Positions 37,512 to 49,491 are shown, counted from the first letter of the stretch. The stretch: 64,000 nt of DNA from Azolla caroliniana (GCA_043228905.1 JBHGNT010000010.1:18538001-18602000); one strand, 5' to 3'. A program made the numbers and translations. Notes: a model not told the origin generated them from the sequence alone.

Positions 37512-40511
37512 ACGCGTAGTCGTGGGGAGGCCTTGGTCGTGACACTTTAAGTTATGAGCTATTCTTTGAGCTCGTGTGATGACGTTGGCGCCAACCGTTG
37601 ATGGTACGATAGATAACAGGTTTGCGCCAATCCTTTTCTTTTTTTCTGGGCAATCGGGTACTAAGTGATCTTTACCACACCCTGGGCATGATGCTTCTCT
37701 TTGGAACCACTCGATAACGTCTTGTGACTGTTGAGTGAGACTTTGCACTGGTGGTTGTGGGGTTGTTTCGAGTGAGGGGTGTCGTGGTCGTTGTGCCATC
37801 GGGTTGTAATATTCATGTTTGGTTGGGCACTCGCTAACCATGTGTGGGCCTTGGCAATTGAAACATTTCAATTTTGGCCTCCTTAGACCACTATTGTTGC
37901 GATATCCCGTCGACGGCCCTTGTTGTTCTCCTCTCAAGACGTAGACCGGTATTTGGTCACCTTCGAAGTCAACAAAGTGGGAAAGCACCTCTTCTTCAAC
38001 ACCATACCCCTGGTATGCTTCATATTCGGGGGTGCCCCCCCCAACCTGAGTTTGGTTATCGGTGGTATATTCTAGTTCGGCGAGGCGAGTGCCGATACGC
38101 GGTAGTGGGGGTTGTTGGGGAAGTATTGCTGGTAGTTGTGGGCGGCTAAACGGTGGAGGTGAGCGTGGGTGCTCTACCATTGGTGTTTGGCTATACCTTC
38201 CGTTTGGGGCTTGCCAACAATTCTCTTGAGAATGCATCACGAAATCTTTGCACCACTTACAGTATTGCGGCCGTCGTTGGTGGAGGAGGGGGCACTCATG
38301 CCCCGTGTGATGGCCATGGCATAATGTACACCTTACATTTTCTCTTTGGGCGTATGCTTGGGGTCTTTCTATACGGGGTGGTCTTGGTGGCATGGGTAGA
38401 GTAGGGTCTGAGGGCTTCTCATGGTTGTTCGTAGGCGCTTGAGTGGGTATCCGTAACCCCTGCTCATTGAATCCTCGAAGGTCATCACTACCGTGCAAGC
38501 TTCAGTGAACGACCGACACATCCTGGCAATCAGGAAGTTTTGCAACGTTGGATCGAACAACCCATTGATGAAGCGGCTCATCAATTTGGCCCTTGTTCGG
38601 CCGTATGCACGCCCCGCTCCTCGCCGTATGCCTGATGTCCTCCGTTGAGCATTCGTGTTGCCCTGATTGTCGTCCCATGTTGTTTCGCATTGCCTTCGTC
38701 CTCTCGCCGCCACCTTCCTTCTCCATGGTCTTACATCGTCGCGTCGGCTCGAACCGCCATGGTCTCCGGAACGGTGTGGAGGATCCTCCTCGGCCTTCTA
38801 CGCGCTACCTCCGAACCACACAACCCATCTCCGTGCTCGCCTTTCCGCTCCGGCACCTCCGTGTGCCACATTCACTCGTCTGTTGTTTGGCACTGGTTGT
38901 GCCATACTCCGGTTCATTGCACGCCTTGTCGGCCCGTTTCCCGGCCAGATCGCGCATCACCACTCACCCGCATACTGGTGTCCTCCGCACCCGAGGAACA
39001 CCCCGCTTGGCCCTTCCCGTCTTCGTGCTGCTGCAACAGGTCTTGAGTCTTCCGCTTGCCGTCGTCCCCTCGCCCCCACCAGCTTGTCACCCCGAGCTTG
39101 CCGTGTCACTCTTCGCTACTTCGACGGAGCTACCGAGATCTACGAAGCGAGTGTGGAGGATCCTCCTCCGGCCTCTCTTGCCATCCCCTGACTCCGACCC
39201 TGTGCAGTCCACTGGGCACCCGTCACCTCGTTCCTGGCACCTCCCTTGTGCCGTCTTCCGATTCCTTTGTTCGGCACCGCCTGCGCCGAACGTCGTCCTG
39301 TAGTCACGCTTTGATCCGGCCCGCGATGGCCACTGGCGAGACTCTTACTCCGTCCCAGGTGTGCCTTTCCGGCCCGACACACCTCCTTGTGTTTGCCCCT
39401 ACCAGCTACTTCCGAAACCGTAATCGGTCGGTGAGGGTTTCGCACTTCGTCCGCCCCGTCTTACCGACTCTCGATCCGCTACCTCGTGTCATTGGTCTCG
39501 TTCCCTGCCGCCACCAACCTTCTCTCTCGGTCTCACGTTGCCACGTTGGCCGAACTGTCGGAGTCTCCGGATCGGTGTGAGGGTCCCATAGGACCAGACT
39601 CCGTTTCCATGCTTGCCGAAATTCGGGTGTCTTTTGTTTGAGTCCCTCCCGGACTCTCCTCGTGTCTTCCGCATAGTCGGGTCCCGTTTCCCGCCGCCAC
39701 CAACCTTCTCTCTCAGTCTCATGTTGCCACGTTGGCCGAACTGCCGGAGTCTCTGGTTAAGTGTGGGGATCCCGTAGGACCAGACTTCCTTTCGCCTACT
39801 AACCTTGCCGGAAGGTCCGATTCGGTTCGTAGCCGCCTCGCCGGCCTGATACCTCCTTGCCGTTCATCGCCTCCTGCCGTCCGATCACGTTCTCCTGCCG
39901 CCACCGATCTTCCCTATACGACTCACGCCGGCTCTCGGGCCGACCTCCGGATCGGTGTGAGGATCTCCGTAGACCGCCCATCCGTAGCCCTTTTGCCTTC
40001 ATCACCTCGCCGCCACCGTCAGTATCTTGGTCTTACGTCGACCGCGTTGCCGACTGCCGAAGTCTCTAGAACCGGTGTGAAGGATCCTCCTTGGGCGTTC
40101 GTCGCTTTGTCTTCCTGACCCTATCCCGGGCCGTCCTTTTCCGCATGTCGAGAGGGCGGTTTTCTCCGCACCCGCTCCCGTGGTACCGACGCACTGTCTC
40201 CTCGGCCTCTTCGTAGGCCGGCTCTCTTCCTCCCTTCCGGAATGGTCATCCGGGAGTCCGCTCCGCCCGGTTCTCGTCCCGGTCACCGCCCCTTTTAGTG
40301 GTGTCGGTGGATAGCATCCGCTCTGTGATCAATCAAGCCCGCCTGAGCTTGATTCTCTAATGTCCGGAGTTTCGGCTCCGATGCCGACCTTGCCAGACTC
40401 GTTCCGAACCTTTAATCACCTTCCTTCGAATTCTCGACCTTCGCCCGATCGGTCTTTCTCCCCATGTAAAAGAGGGTGGCTCATCCCGCACCCTCTCTGG
40501 TATCGGCACCT

Positions 40512-41951
40512 TTATGCCGATTCTGGCCCCGATCGAACAATCCACGATCGGATTACGCTCCATCCGAATCGGAATGCCAATCTTCTCGTACCGCTTCCGT
40601 CCTCGGCCTCCTCGCAAGCCGTTCCCCATCCATCTTCGCTGGCATCGTGCCAGGACTCCTCGGTGCCGCCATCCATCTCCTCGGTCTTACATGGGCATAC
40701 GGGCCCGAACGCCAAGTTCTCCGGAATCGGGTCCGTGGGCTCTCGTCTGCTCCTTCCTCGTATCGTCTCGCCGGTGATTCTTGGTCCTTCGCCGCCACCT
40801 TCCTCCGGTTGGGACTCACGTGGACATTCGGGCCCGACTGCCATCGTCTCGGGAGCAAGTGTGGGAAGACACAAAGAATCGCCCGTCCGTTTTACGCCCT
40901 TGTCCGTAGCCACCGACCCTTCGTGGTCGGCTGTCGTCTTTTTATCGATCGCGCAAGCCCCGCCTGGGCTTGTTTCTCCGATTTCCGGGGTTTCGGGCTG
41001 ACACACCCGAAACCGCTGGTTCCAACTATCCGGTTCCGCGATCTGTATCTCGGCCTCGTCCTTGGCCGTTCCATCTCCACAAGTCGAGAGGGTGTTTTGT
41101 TCCGCACCCTCTCCCGTGGTACCGTCGTACCGATCTTCCGCCGTCGCGTGGGGCAAGTCCGTCTCCTCAGTCTCGGCTTGCGGCCTTGATCTTTCCTCTT
41201 CCTCGAGCATCGCCTCGAGAGCTGTGTACGCCTCCGCAATCCTGGCCCCAACGCCGACCCTTGCCGGCTCTCTTTGCCGTCCGGCCTCTTCCAGTTGTGA
41301 TGGCACGCCGTCGCGCCCCTTCCTCTTAGCCTTCTCAGCTCGCGCATTGTCTAGCCGTAGGCACACCCTTCCGACCTTCGACCAGTCCTCCGTAAGCCCA
41401 TTCGCTCCGTCATCATCTTCGAGCTCAATCCCGATGGCCTCCCGTTCCGCTCGGTCGATCGACCTGACGAACAATAGGACCTTGTCCGTCCCCACCAAAC
41501 CTTGTTCCCGCTCCGGGAGCCGAGCAAGCCGTCGCTCGAACTCTCGGAACGCCTTCGTCACGCCCCGGTAGGTCTTTGCCGATGCTACCCACTGGTCGAA
41601 GTCGTGTCGTCCCCGGCTCTTCCGTCGTCCTCCGTATGCCTTCAGGAGCGCCTCTTCGAAGGCCTCCCACGAACTATGAGCCTCACGGAGCTCCTTTACT
41701 TCCGCATGCATCCGGACAGCTACGACCCGACAGAAGAACTCCAGCCTCAACGCCTCGTCTACGCCATGCTCCTCCATTTCTGCATTGTAGGCTTCCAAGT
41801 AAGATGGGACTTTGTCCCCGTTGAAACGACCGACTCTTTCGACCACTCGCTCGACCGCTTGTTGCGCTACTTCTCGCCTCATCACCACTCGTGCCGACTC
41901 CAACACCACTTCGGCCACCATCACCGCGAGGTCGTCTTCTTCCGACTCCAT
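40512..41951 (-). CDS. gag: Gag-like protein (capsid-like N-half plus acidic low-complexity tail), 479 aa
   Basis: GRFNGDKVPSYLEAYNAEM..KVLLFVRSID aligns by eye with the 52619 Gag. Confidence 0.72.
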   Translation of the reverse strand: MESEEDDLAVMVAEVVLESARVVMRREVAQQAVERVVERVGRFNGDKVPSYLEAYNAEMEEHGVDEALRLEFFCRVVAVRMHAEVKELREAHSSWEAFEEALLKAYGGRRKSRGRHDFDQWVASAKTYRGVTKAFREFERRLARLPEREQGLVGTDKVLLFVRSIDRAEREAIGIELEDDDGANGLTEDWSKVGRVCLRLDNARAEKAKRKGRDGVPSQLEEAGRQREPARVGVGARIAEAYTALEAMLEEEERSRPQAETEETDLPHATAEDRYDGTTGEGAEQNTLSTCGDGTAKDEAEIQIAEPDSWNQRFRVCQPETPEIGETSPGGACAIDKKTTADHEGSVATDKGVKRTGDSLCLPTLAPETMAVGPECPRESQPEEGGGEGPRITGETIRGRSRREPTDPIPENLAFGPVCPCKTEEMDGGTEESWHDASEDGWGTACEEAEDGSGTRRLAFRFGWSVIRSWIVRSGPESA

Positions 41952-41966
41952 CCTCCCTTGTCGCCT

Positions 41967-41984
41967 TTCACGTCGGGTTCACCA
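41967..41984 (-). promoter_or_regulatory. Primer-binding site complementary to tRNA-Trp
   Basis: Plus strand TTCACGTCGGGTTCACCA equals the 3' 18 nt of plant cytosolic tRNA-Trp as I recall it; 4 nt from the LTR. Confidence 0.85.
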
Positions 41985-43099
41985 AAGATGTCGTGTCATT
42001 ACGCGCGTGCGTGGAGAAAGGCGGGACCACGGGGGTCTTGGACTAGGGAGTAACGGAGCGTAGGAAGTCGTGCTTCACCGTTTACGGGGAGATCCCAGAA
42101 GAACATCGGAAGCGACCGAAGGGAGAGAGAGAAAGAGAGGGAGCGCGCGCTTAACACCGACTCACGCACACACACGCGCACACACACACACATGCTGACC
42201 CGACTCACGCCCTTATGTACAGGAAACGCAGGAAAGGGGAAGCACCCGACACCAACGGAGACGCGAATATACACAGACAGACGCAACGTATATATATATA
42301 TATATATATAAGGAAGAATACATTCCCGGCGTCGAGTCGGACCAAGGTAGGTTACAACAGTCGTCGGCTGCCAAGCCGCCGGTCGGGAAGCTCACGGGCT
42401 CGTCGCGCCGAGCGGGGTCTTGCGCAGGAGACGAGCTGAAGCAAACCCTAAGCAAACACGAAGGGGGTAGAAGAAGAAGAAGAAGAAGAAGCTAACCCTA
42501 AATCTAACAGTATACCCTCTAACGCAAAATGGGCAACCCTTTCACAAAGGCCGCTCCCTTCCTTTTATAGAACAAGGAGAGGGATGCGTTACAATGTGGG
42601 ATAAATCCCGACTTAACTACTCTTCGGCGCCATAAAGGCGCCTTCGTTATTCACACTAAATGTACAAGGGTGAGCACACATGCTGCACCTCGCCGATGTA
42701 GCCAATGTTTCCTGGTTTCCACCGCTGGACGAAATTCTTCACGACAACGAGTTGTACTGCCCATATATTGATTTCTTGTTCTATCACCCGTAATTCTTGT
42801 GCGGCATCCCATATGTGTCGCTCTACGCTGAGTGGGTATGCCATTGGGCTCTCCTGTAGTGGGGGCGTGGTGAGAGGTGCTTTAGTTCTTAGGCTCGATG
42901 GGAGGTTCATGTTTGGTAGCGTCCCCGAAGTTAACCACCCTCTGTGGTACCGAGTCAGTTTAGGTGGGTCAACATCATGTGTTTGGTTGGTTTGGGTTGA
43001 CTCCTCCTGGCGTGTGGGTCGGGTTTTGAACATCTCTGTCCATAAGGATCCGGCCATGTTTTCTTGTCAAGCTTTTGTAGGTTCATCGAACTTTAAATC

Positions 43100-43340
43100 T
43101 TTCGTTGAACTTTGAATCTTTTGTCGAATGATGAACCTTCGTCAAATATGAACCTTCGTCGAATGATGAACCTTCGTTGAATGATGTGAACCTTCGTCGA
43201 ACCTTCGTCGAAGGATCAACCTTCGTCGAATGATGAGGGTTCGTCGAATGATGAACCTTCGTCGAATGATGTGAACCTTTGTCAAATGATGAACCTTCGT
43301 CGAAGGATGCTTCTCTTATCGAACTCTGTTCTTTCGACGA
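43100..43340. repeat. About 18-bp degenerate tandem repeat (GTCGAATGATGAACCTTC) at the start of element C gag
   Basis: About ten units visible directly. Confidence 0.85.
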
Positions 43341-43535
43341 ACTTTGCGTGGGAAATTTGAATTTTTTTGGCGCCAACGGTCGTTTCGTGTCCCGTGGGAT
43401 GATCGTAATCCACGAGAATCGCGGTGGTTATGCTTGCCCTATAACGACTCAATCTCCACAATGTTTAGTGTTAACGGAACGAATAGCTTGTTGATGTCCG
43501 GGCGATTAAGAGGGGGTAGTTCAAAACTTCTTTTA

Positions 43536-43840
43536 AAAAACAGAAAATCAACTTAATTAAACTATGAAATAGTGAGAAAAACAGAAAATCAACTTAATTA
43601 AACTATGAGTTAGTGAGAAAAAATAGAAAATCAACTTAATTAAACTATGAATTAGTGAGAAAAAATAGAAAATCAACTTAATTAAACTATGAGTTAGTGA
43701 GAAAAAACAAAAAATCAACTTAATTAAACTATGAATTAGTGAGAAAAAACAAAAAATCAACTTAATTAAACTATGAATTAGTGAGAAAAACAGAAAATCG
43801 ACTTTAATTAAACTATGAAATAGTAAGAAAAACAGAAAAT
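43536..43840. repeat. About seven copies of a 41-42 bp AT-rich tandem repeat in the element C leader
   Basis: AGAAAATCAACTTAATTAAACTATGA.TTAGTGAGAAAA repeated head to tail without spacers. Confidence 0.93.
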
Positions 43841-43927
43841 AGTGGTTCTCTTTTGATTTCTTCCTTCGTTAAGTGGGTTGCTTTCGAGTTTTCGACTACT
43901 CGAAATAGGCTTCAAGCGTCGGTCGTA

Positions 43928-43945
43928 TCCCCGGCAGCAGCGCCA
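43928..43945 (-). promoter_or_regulatory. Element C primer-binding site, tRNA-Asp type
   Basis: TGGCGCTGCTGCCGGGGA versus the canonical Athila TGGCGCCGTTGCCGGGGA. Confidence 0.8.
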
Positions 43946-43951
43946 AATAGA

Positions 43952-44533
43952 TGTTAAGGATCTATGTATCGATGGAGTAAGCTCCTCGATATCGTGGCGA
44001 GATTCGGACCGGCGTATACCCTCTTGATGGCAAATCAGGCGGAGATGGTTGTCGAATACCTCCGAGCCTCACACTCACTCAACGATTAGTAAATGATTAA
44101 GCATGATATCTCTCTCACTCTCTCAAGCTCTCTCTCATAGACAATAGATTAATAGATATAGACAATAAGAAGCAAGAGTATGTCTATTATTAACCCTCTT
44201 TGCTAAGAGGTCTAGCACCAACAAGGAGAGAGATTAGTGTTCTCTAACTCAACACTTCACTAATCTCTCTTAAGCTCAAAGGTTACAAGAAGGAGGAAAG
44301 GAAGCTCTAGCTCTAATCAATAGGAGATCTTTACAAATGGGAGAACCCCCACAAAGCCACTACTATGTGGTTTATATAACTTTCACGTTTAGGGTATGGG
44401 CCTTTCACACTCCGATGTCCTTTAGCCCTCTTTCCTCTTGTCATTCCCTCTTCGTAGGTCCTTTAACCATACTTTGTCCTTGTTGATGCGCTCTTCTTCA
44501 CAACTGGTCGTGGTGTTATCCAAGGGCTTAACA
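43952..44533 (-). repeat. Element C 5' LTR (582 bp)
   Basis: Direct repeat of 25519-26142. Confidence 0.93.
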
Positions 44534-44895
44534 ACTACTGCGCGGAAGTTATGGTAAGGTGGTCTCTGGTGGCCAACCACACAAAAGGATGCCCAAACAT
44601 ACTATCGATAGTGTGACCATTCTCAGCGAATGGGACAACCTACGGAGCGAGCCCGAATGTCGTATCAGCTTGTTCTCCCATTAGAGTCGTTCCAAAATGG
44701 GGCCTCGATTTTGTCAGCCCATTTACCCCAGTTGTGGCACACATGGGCAATCAATACATTTTGGTCGCAACGGACTGCTGCATCAAATGGGTAGAGGCAA
44801 AAGCATTACGGGACAACACGACGACATCCACCACAATAAATTTGTATGAGAACATCTGGTGCCGTTTCGAATGCCCTATCGAGCTCATTAGAGAC

Positions 44896-45640
44896 TGTTA
44901 GGAAACAGGTCCCTTCGAATGGGAAGTGAGAAGAACAATACTGATAAGCAAACTCGGCCGAGGCCGAAACCGGATGTGGAGTACCCGGCTACGGAAGACC
45001 CAGTGAGAACCAGATGTGGTGTACCCGACAAGCGCCGGATGACGAGTACCCGGCAAGAGCCGGATGGTGAAGACCCGATGAGAACCGGATGAAGAGTACT
45101 CGACTATGGAAGACCCGGTGAGAACCGGATGACAAGTGCCCGGCAAGAGCCGGATGATGCAGGCCCGATGAGAAGTGCTCACCGGATGAAGGGACATATT
45201 CATAAATATGTTTTTGAGAGTCCATCGGGGTTATATTTGTAAATAGCCGAAAAGTCATATTAGTATAAATATGACTTAGGGCAAACATATGTGTGTGTTG
45301 TTGTCATTCTTGTTTGCGCAAGATTAGAGCGTGCAACTGTGTACAGAGAGAGTGAGAGAGAGGAAGAGGTAGTTGCCTCTGTTGTAACCGCCACCTGTGG
45401 CGAAGATAGAAAGCTCGAGGTCGTTGCTTCGGTGCTTTACCATTTTGTACATTCTGACATAGTGATAGTTTGCAGTCTATGGGTTGTCGTGGTTTTTCCC
45501 TAGTTTGGGTTTTCCACGTTAACATCCTGTGTTCTCTTCTCTCCATTGTGTCGTGCATTCATTATCTGTTTTTTTTTGTGTTTCGATTTTAGACTCGGTT
45601 GTGGCCGAGTGTGGTGATAAGGGAGCGTGCATTCCTGTCA
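44896..45640 (+). mobile_element. Solo LTR (745 bp), 5-bp TSD GAGAC, family not otherwise seen in the window
   Basis: TG..CA; GAGAC at 44891-44895 and 45641-45645; TATAAAT ~45264; U5-type GTGGTTTTTCCC..GGGTTTTCCACGT; removal restores Gypsy B integrase. Confidence 0.9.
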
Positions 45641-47439
45641 GAGACCGAGGAGGGCACTTTCCGAATACAGTTATTCACGAGCTCACTGACCATTATGCCA
45701 TAGTCCACAAAAAGAGTACCTCGTACTACCCTCAAGTGAATGGGCTAGCGATGTCGACGAACAAAACCTTACAAAACATTTTAAAGAAGATCGTCAACGA
45801 AAACCACATGGATTGGGATACAAAGCTTCAAAGCACCCAATGGGCATACCAAACAAGTTTTAAAACCAGTATCCAGTCCACCCCATTCCGGTTAGTCTTT
45901 GGACTCAAAGCCGTAATGCCCGTCGAGTTCTAGGTTCCAAGCTTGCAGATACAGATCCAAGAACGCCTTCCCGAAAAACAGTTGGAACAATGACAATTGC
46001 AATAACTCCTCGAACTCAGTGAAGACAAGGTGCTGAGCATGGCGGTCCTGGAATAGAAGCAACACCTTCGAAAGGCGTTTGTTGATCGACATCAAGGGGG
46101 TAACAAGAAATTTTTCAAAATTGGAAAAGCCATATACTCGAGTTCCAAATACACATGGGAAAAATGCTAGGAAAACTCCAATTTCGGTGGACAAGGCAGA
46201 ATTGGATAATCGCTGTCGAAAACAGTACATTCGAGCTCGGCACTCTCGCCGGGGAAGTTTTACAGTAAAAGGTTAACGTCTTCCGACTCAAGTCGTACAA
46301 GGACCCACACCCCGAACCCTTTCAGAAACGCTGCGAAATTAGTGGATGAACACTCAATTTCGGGGGGTGGAGCCATACCTCATTAATGCGACCCCACTCT
46401 GTAATCATGTATTATTAATGTATCATAGTAACGTCCATTACCGTTAGGTGTGCAAGGGAAAAAAAGAACATGTTCATTGTTAACCATACGGTCGTAACAA
46501 GGAGTGCGGAATGGTAGATCATCGATGGGTAGAGGTAAGAGATTAGGACTTGTTTAGGGTTTAGGGTTTAGAGGTAAGAGAAAAATGGGTTTACGATTAA
46601 GTGCAAGAGGAGATGAAGTGAAAAGAAGCCACCAAGAACAATTTGAGCACACCCAAATCATTTAACACATTTGGTATAAGTGAGGCATAATGAGAGATAG
46701 AATTAGGGGAGAGAGAGAGAGACGAGGGATTAATCACTAATAATAAAACTATAAACAAGTTTAAACATAACCATAAGCTTAATAGTCTATATGAGAGAGA
46801 GGGAGAGATTAAGAATGAAACTAAATTTCATTAAGAAAAAGAAAAAGTTACAATAGGATAGGTAATGGTAATGAGCAAACTAGTTTCGCCCCTATGGGGG
46901 GGGGGGGGGGTCTCATCAGTGCTAAATGACCATTGGGGGTGTATGGTGGTTTATATAGAGGTTCTAAGAGAAATGATAGTAGGGATTGGGGGTGTGCTTA
47001 ATGGATATGATTGAAAAGGGGAGGATTTTTTAGAGGAATGGATTTCAATGTGATAGGAAAAGAAGGCTTTAATGTGATAAGGGGAGAAAGGTTTTAATGT
47101 AAAAGGAGGGATGAGAAAAGGGGGTGATAATAGGACAGATAGGATATCAAAGGGAATTTTTAAAGGGTAAATTTTAAGAGGGAGGGGAGGAAAGGGAAAG
47201 GTATACATGAGATAACGAGGAGAAAGACAGAAAGAAGTAAAGATATATTAACGTCTTCTAAGGCCAAAATTGGCCCATGAGACAAATGGTTTACAAAAAA
47301 AATGGGATATTTACCCATTCATCGAATGTAAAAATAAAAACAAGATAAAAATAGAGTTTAAGCTAAATAGTTCTAAGAAAATAACAAGATTGTTCTATAT
47401 AAAAAATATGTTCTACAATGAAAATGATGTTAAAGTAGG

Positions 47440-48600
47440 CCTAATTTCTTTTCCATCCAAGTCTCTCGAAGAGAAGTGTGAGGTCAAAGGGTTGTGATGT
47501 GAATGTGGCTCGTGGTCCCAATGTAAGAGATACCCCAACCATAGCTTCTAGTCGACGTAGCTCACGTTCCCTTATCTTCTTAATCTTTTCTACTCCACGT
47601 CGACTTGTTTTGAAGCCCAACATCCGAGGGTGTTTGGTTGTTCTTTGCATTCCTGCTTCCTCAAGGGAGAGGCCGAGCGGTGTAAGCGTATCCACATTCA
47701 TCATCTCCCCTTGTTCCTAAAAAATTACACTAGTTACATGTTGATGAGTAGTAAAAGGGTTATGGTTAACACTTTGTAATTTATTCTCCCTATATTGTTT
47801 TAGTTCTAAGATATACCTACCTAGTCTCTTTACACTCGAGGTATCTAATAGTTTGGAGAGGGTCCTAATATGTCTTGGTATTCCACTCGTATCTCGGCAT
47901 AAGTTGGGCACTTGCATGTGAAGTGATACTCATCCTCTATCTCTATGTGGCATAACCTACATAGCCTTTCCTCTCTAGGGACTCTATTAGCCCGACCATT
48001 CTCAATCTCAAGTTGGTGAGATGATACCCTAAGTTGTCCAATGGCCACCCTTAGTGCATTTGGTAAGAATGTATCTAGATATCTTGGTTGTGTAATAAAA
48101 CCTAACTTAGAGAAATGTTCCTTATAGTACAATATTTTCAATGGGAGTGGCTCTCGTGGGGTGATCCATTTATATCGAGTGTAAATTTGCCATATTTCTT
48201 GGCGTATCACTTTATTACGGTCTTCATGGGAGATTAGAGTTTGATTAGTCCCATGGTTGTACTTAAGGGGAGGTAGGTTATTAATATCTCTACCGTTTGC
48301 AAGTAACGAACTCACCACAATGCTATACCAAGAGCTAGTGTCTCTAGACGCATGTAGGGATTGGGATGCCTCAAAGGCTCGACGAGATATCCTATCTTGT
48401 GGTTGACTATGTATCCGATGAATAAAAACTACCACTTGAAAGAGTGGTTCTACTAACATCGGGGGTAGATTGAACTCTGCTCTAATAATGTCATGTGGTA
48501 TTGTTGATTTGCTTCAGAGCTGACGTGATAACATCATCACCAAAGGTCTCTCTAATTGCGTCCACATGAAAGATAGTAGACCTGGAGCCCATACTACTGA
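47440..48600 (-). mobile_element. 5'-truncated non-LTR retrotransposon (LINE) ORF2 C-terminus
   Basis: QLRVSSHQLEIENGR..EERLCRLCHIEIEDEYHFTCKC..Y..IR is a post-RT CCHC domain. Boundaries approximate. Confidence 0.72.
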
Positions 48601-49332
48601 TGAGAGAGAGAGAGACTGTTAGGGGAGGGAGCCTTGGGGAAACGTGAAAAAGTAAGAGAGAGGTAGGGGAGAGAGAAGAAAAACTATGGGAAAAGAGAAA
48701 GGAAAAGGGCCATATAGGATGTAAAAGAAAAAGAAATGGGGTAAGGCTATAGATTTAGAGAAAAGACGGGGAGGGGTAAGGTCAAATAAGTAAAAAATGG
48801 GGGAGGGTAGAAAACAGAAAATAGCAACAAAGAAAAAAGATCCTAAAATGAAAGTAGTAAAATAGCAGGGGTAGATTTGTAATAAGAAAAAAATTAAGGA
48901 GGGGCATGGTGAAATTTGAAGGGGCGGGTTTAGGAATGTAATAAAGAAAAGACGGAGGGGAAAGGGTAAATGTGTAAAAAATAAAACAAAATAAAAACTC
49001 TAGGGAGTAAATGCCTAAAATGTAAAAAAATATAAGGGGAGGGGTAGGGTACTAAAATTGAAAACTTGTAAGGAGAGGAGTAGGGTGCTAAAATAAAAAA
49101 GATGGAGAAACTATAAGGTGGAAAAAACATAGAAGTGAGGGGAGGGGAATAAAGTGATAGGGGCATTCAAAACTATTTAAAGATCTTGCATGCGGGCACA
49201 TATCCCATGAAAGCAAGTACCGCTCAATCACACGCGTGCACAATATGGCTCGACAAATCTTGAACGCTAACATCCCAACCTCACAAAAAGGGGGATTATT
49301 TCTCTACACATCGCAGAAGCTCTCATCTCTCT

Positions 49333-49491
49333 TGTTGAGAATCGAACTCAACGTCCCATAGAAATAGGTTTCACACTAGTTCATGGACATACCAAGCTAG
49401 TTTTGTAAATAGTAGAAAGGGCCCTTTCCCTAGTTTAGTTGGTATTTAAACCAACCTTTTGTAACTTTGTTACTGTTGGAAGTAATACATA

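Larger units (their letters stand above)
33790..38591 (-). pseudogene. Element C gag C-terminus, zinc knuckles, protease 1 and protease-like domain 2 (tail continues 26474-26155; N-terminus 42656-43376)
   Basis: CTLCHGHHTGHEC, CFNCQGPHMVSEC, CPGCGKDHLVPDC; AIIDTGAGVS..LLGRPFL; TVINTRASLT..LLGLDW. ORFs ending 35451, 34599 and 34344 share a frame. Confidence 0.8.
38594..42655 (-). mobile_element. Trp-primed non-autonomous element, 3' truncated; 5' LTR ~41989-42655
   Basis: PBS, gag-like ORF, repetitive internal region, no 3' LTR; host gag plausibly re-joins as ..CTF|RAKLMSRFINGL. Outer boundaries approximate. Confidence 0.75.
25519..44533 (-). mobile_element. Element C: Asp-primed Athila-like LTR element, non-autonomous (gag plus two protease-like domains, no RT/RH/INT)
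   Basis: LTRs 25519-26142 and 43952-44533 (42-bp length difference = two extra 21-bp AGACAATAGATTAATAGATAT units); TSD ACTAT/ACTAC; PBS TGGCGCTGCTGCCGGGGA on minus strand; G-run PPT next to 26142. Confidence 0.9.
20693..46330 (+). mobile_element. Gypsy B: old Athila-like element related to Gypsy A; pol fragments 20693-21425, 24540-25518, 44534-44895, 45641-46330
   Basis: Fragments translate in order PR end (LLGRPWL), RT start (KDVFAWS..FIRPVKK), RT thumb/RNase H, integrase; frames re-join at GHYAGDT|TARK and CPIELIRD|RGGHF. 3' end not resolved. Confidence 0.82.

Noticed and set aside
38593-42063. Long plus-strand ORFs (e.g. 38593-39303, 40360-41001, 40476-41189) as genes
   Set aside because: Antisense shadows of GC-rich retroelement sequence with no recognisable domains.
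43536-43840. CRISPR-like array
   Set aside because: Units are head-to-tail with no unique spacers, there are no cas genes, and it lies in a retrotransposon leader.
44960-45197. Hammerhead ribozyme / retrozyme
   Set aside because: Repeats read CCGGATGA, not CTGATGA, and no GAAA core with flanking helices is evident.
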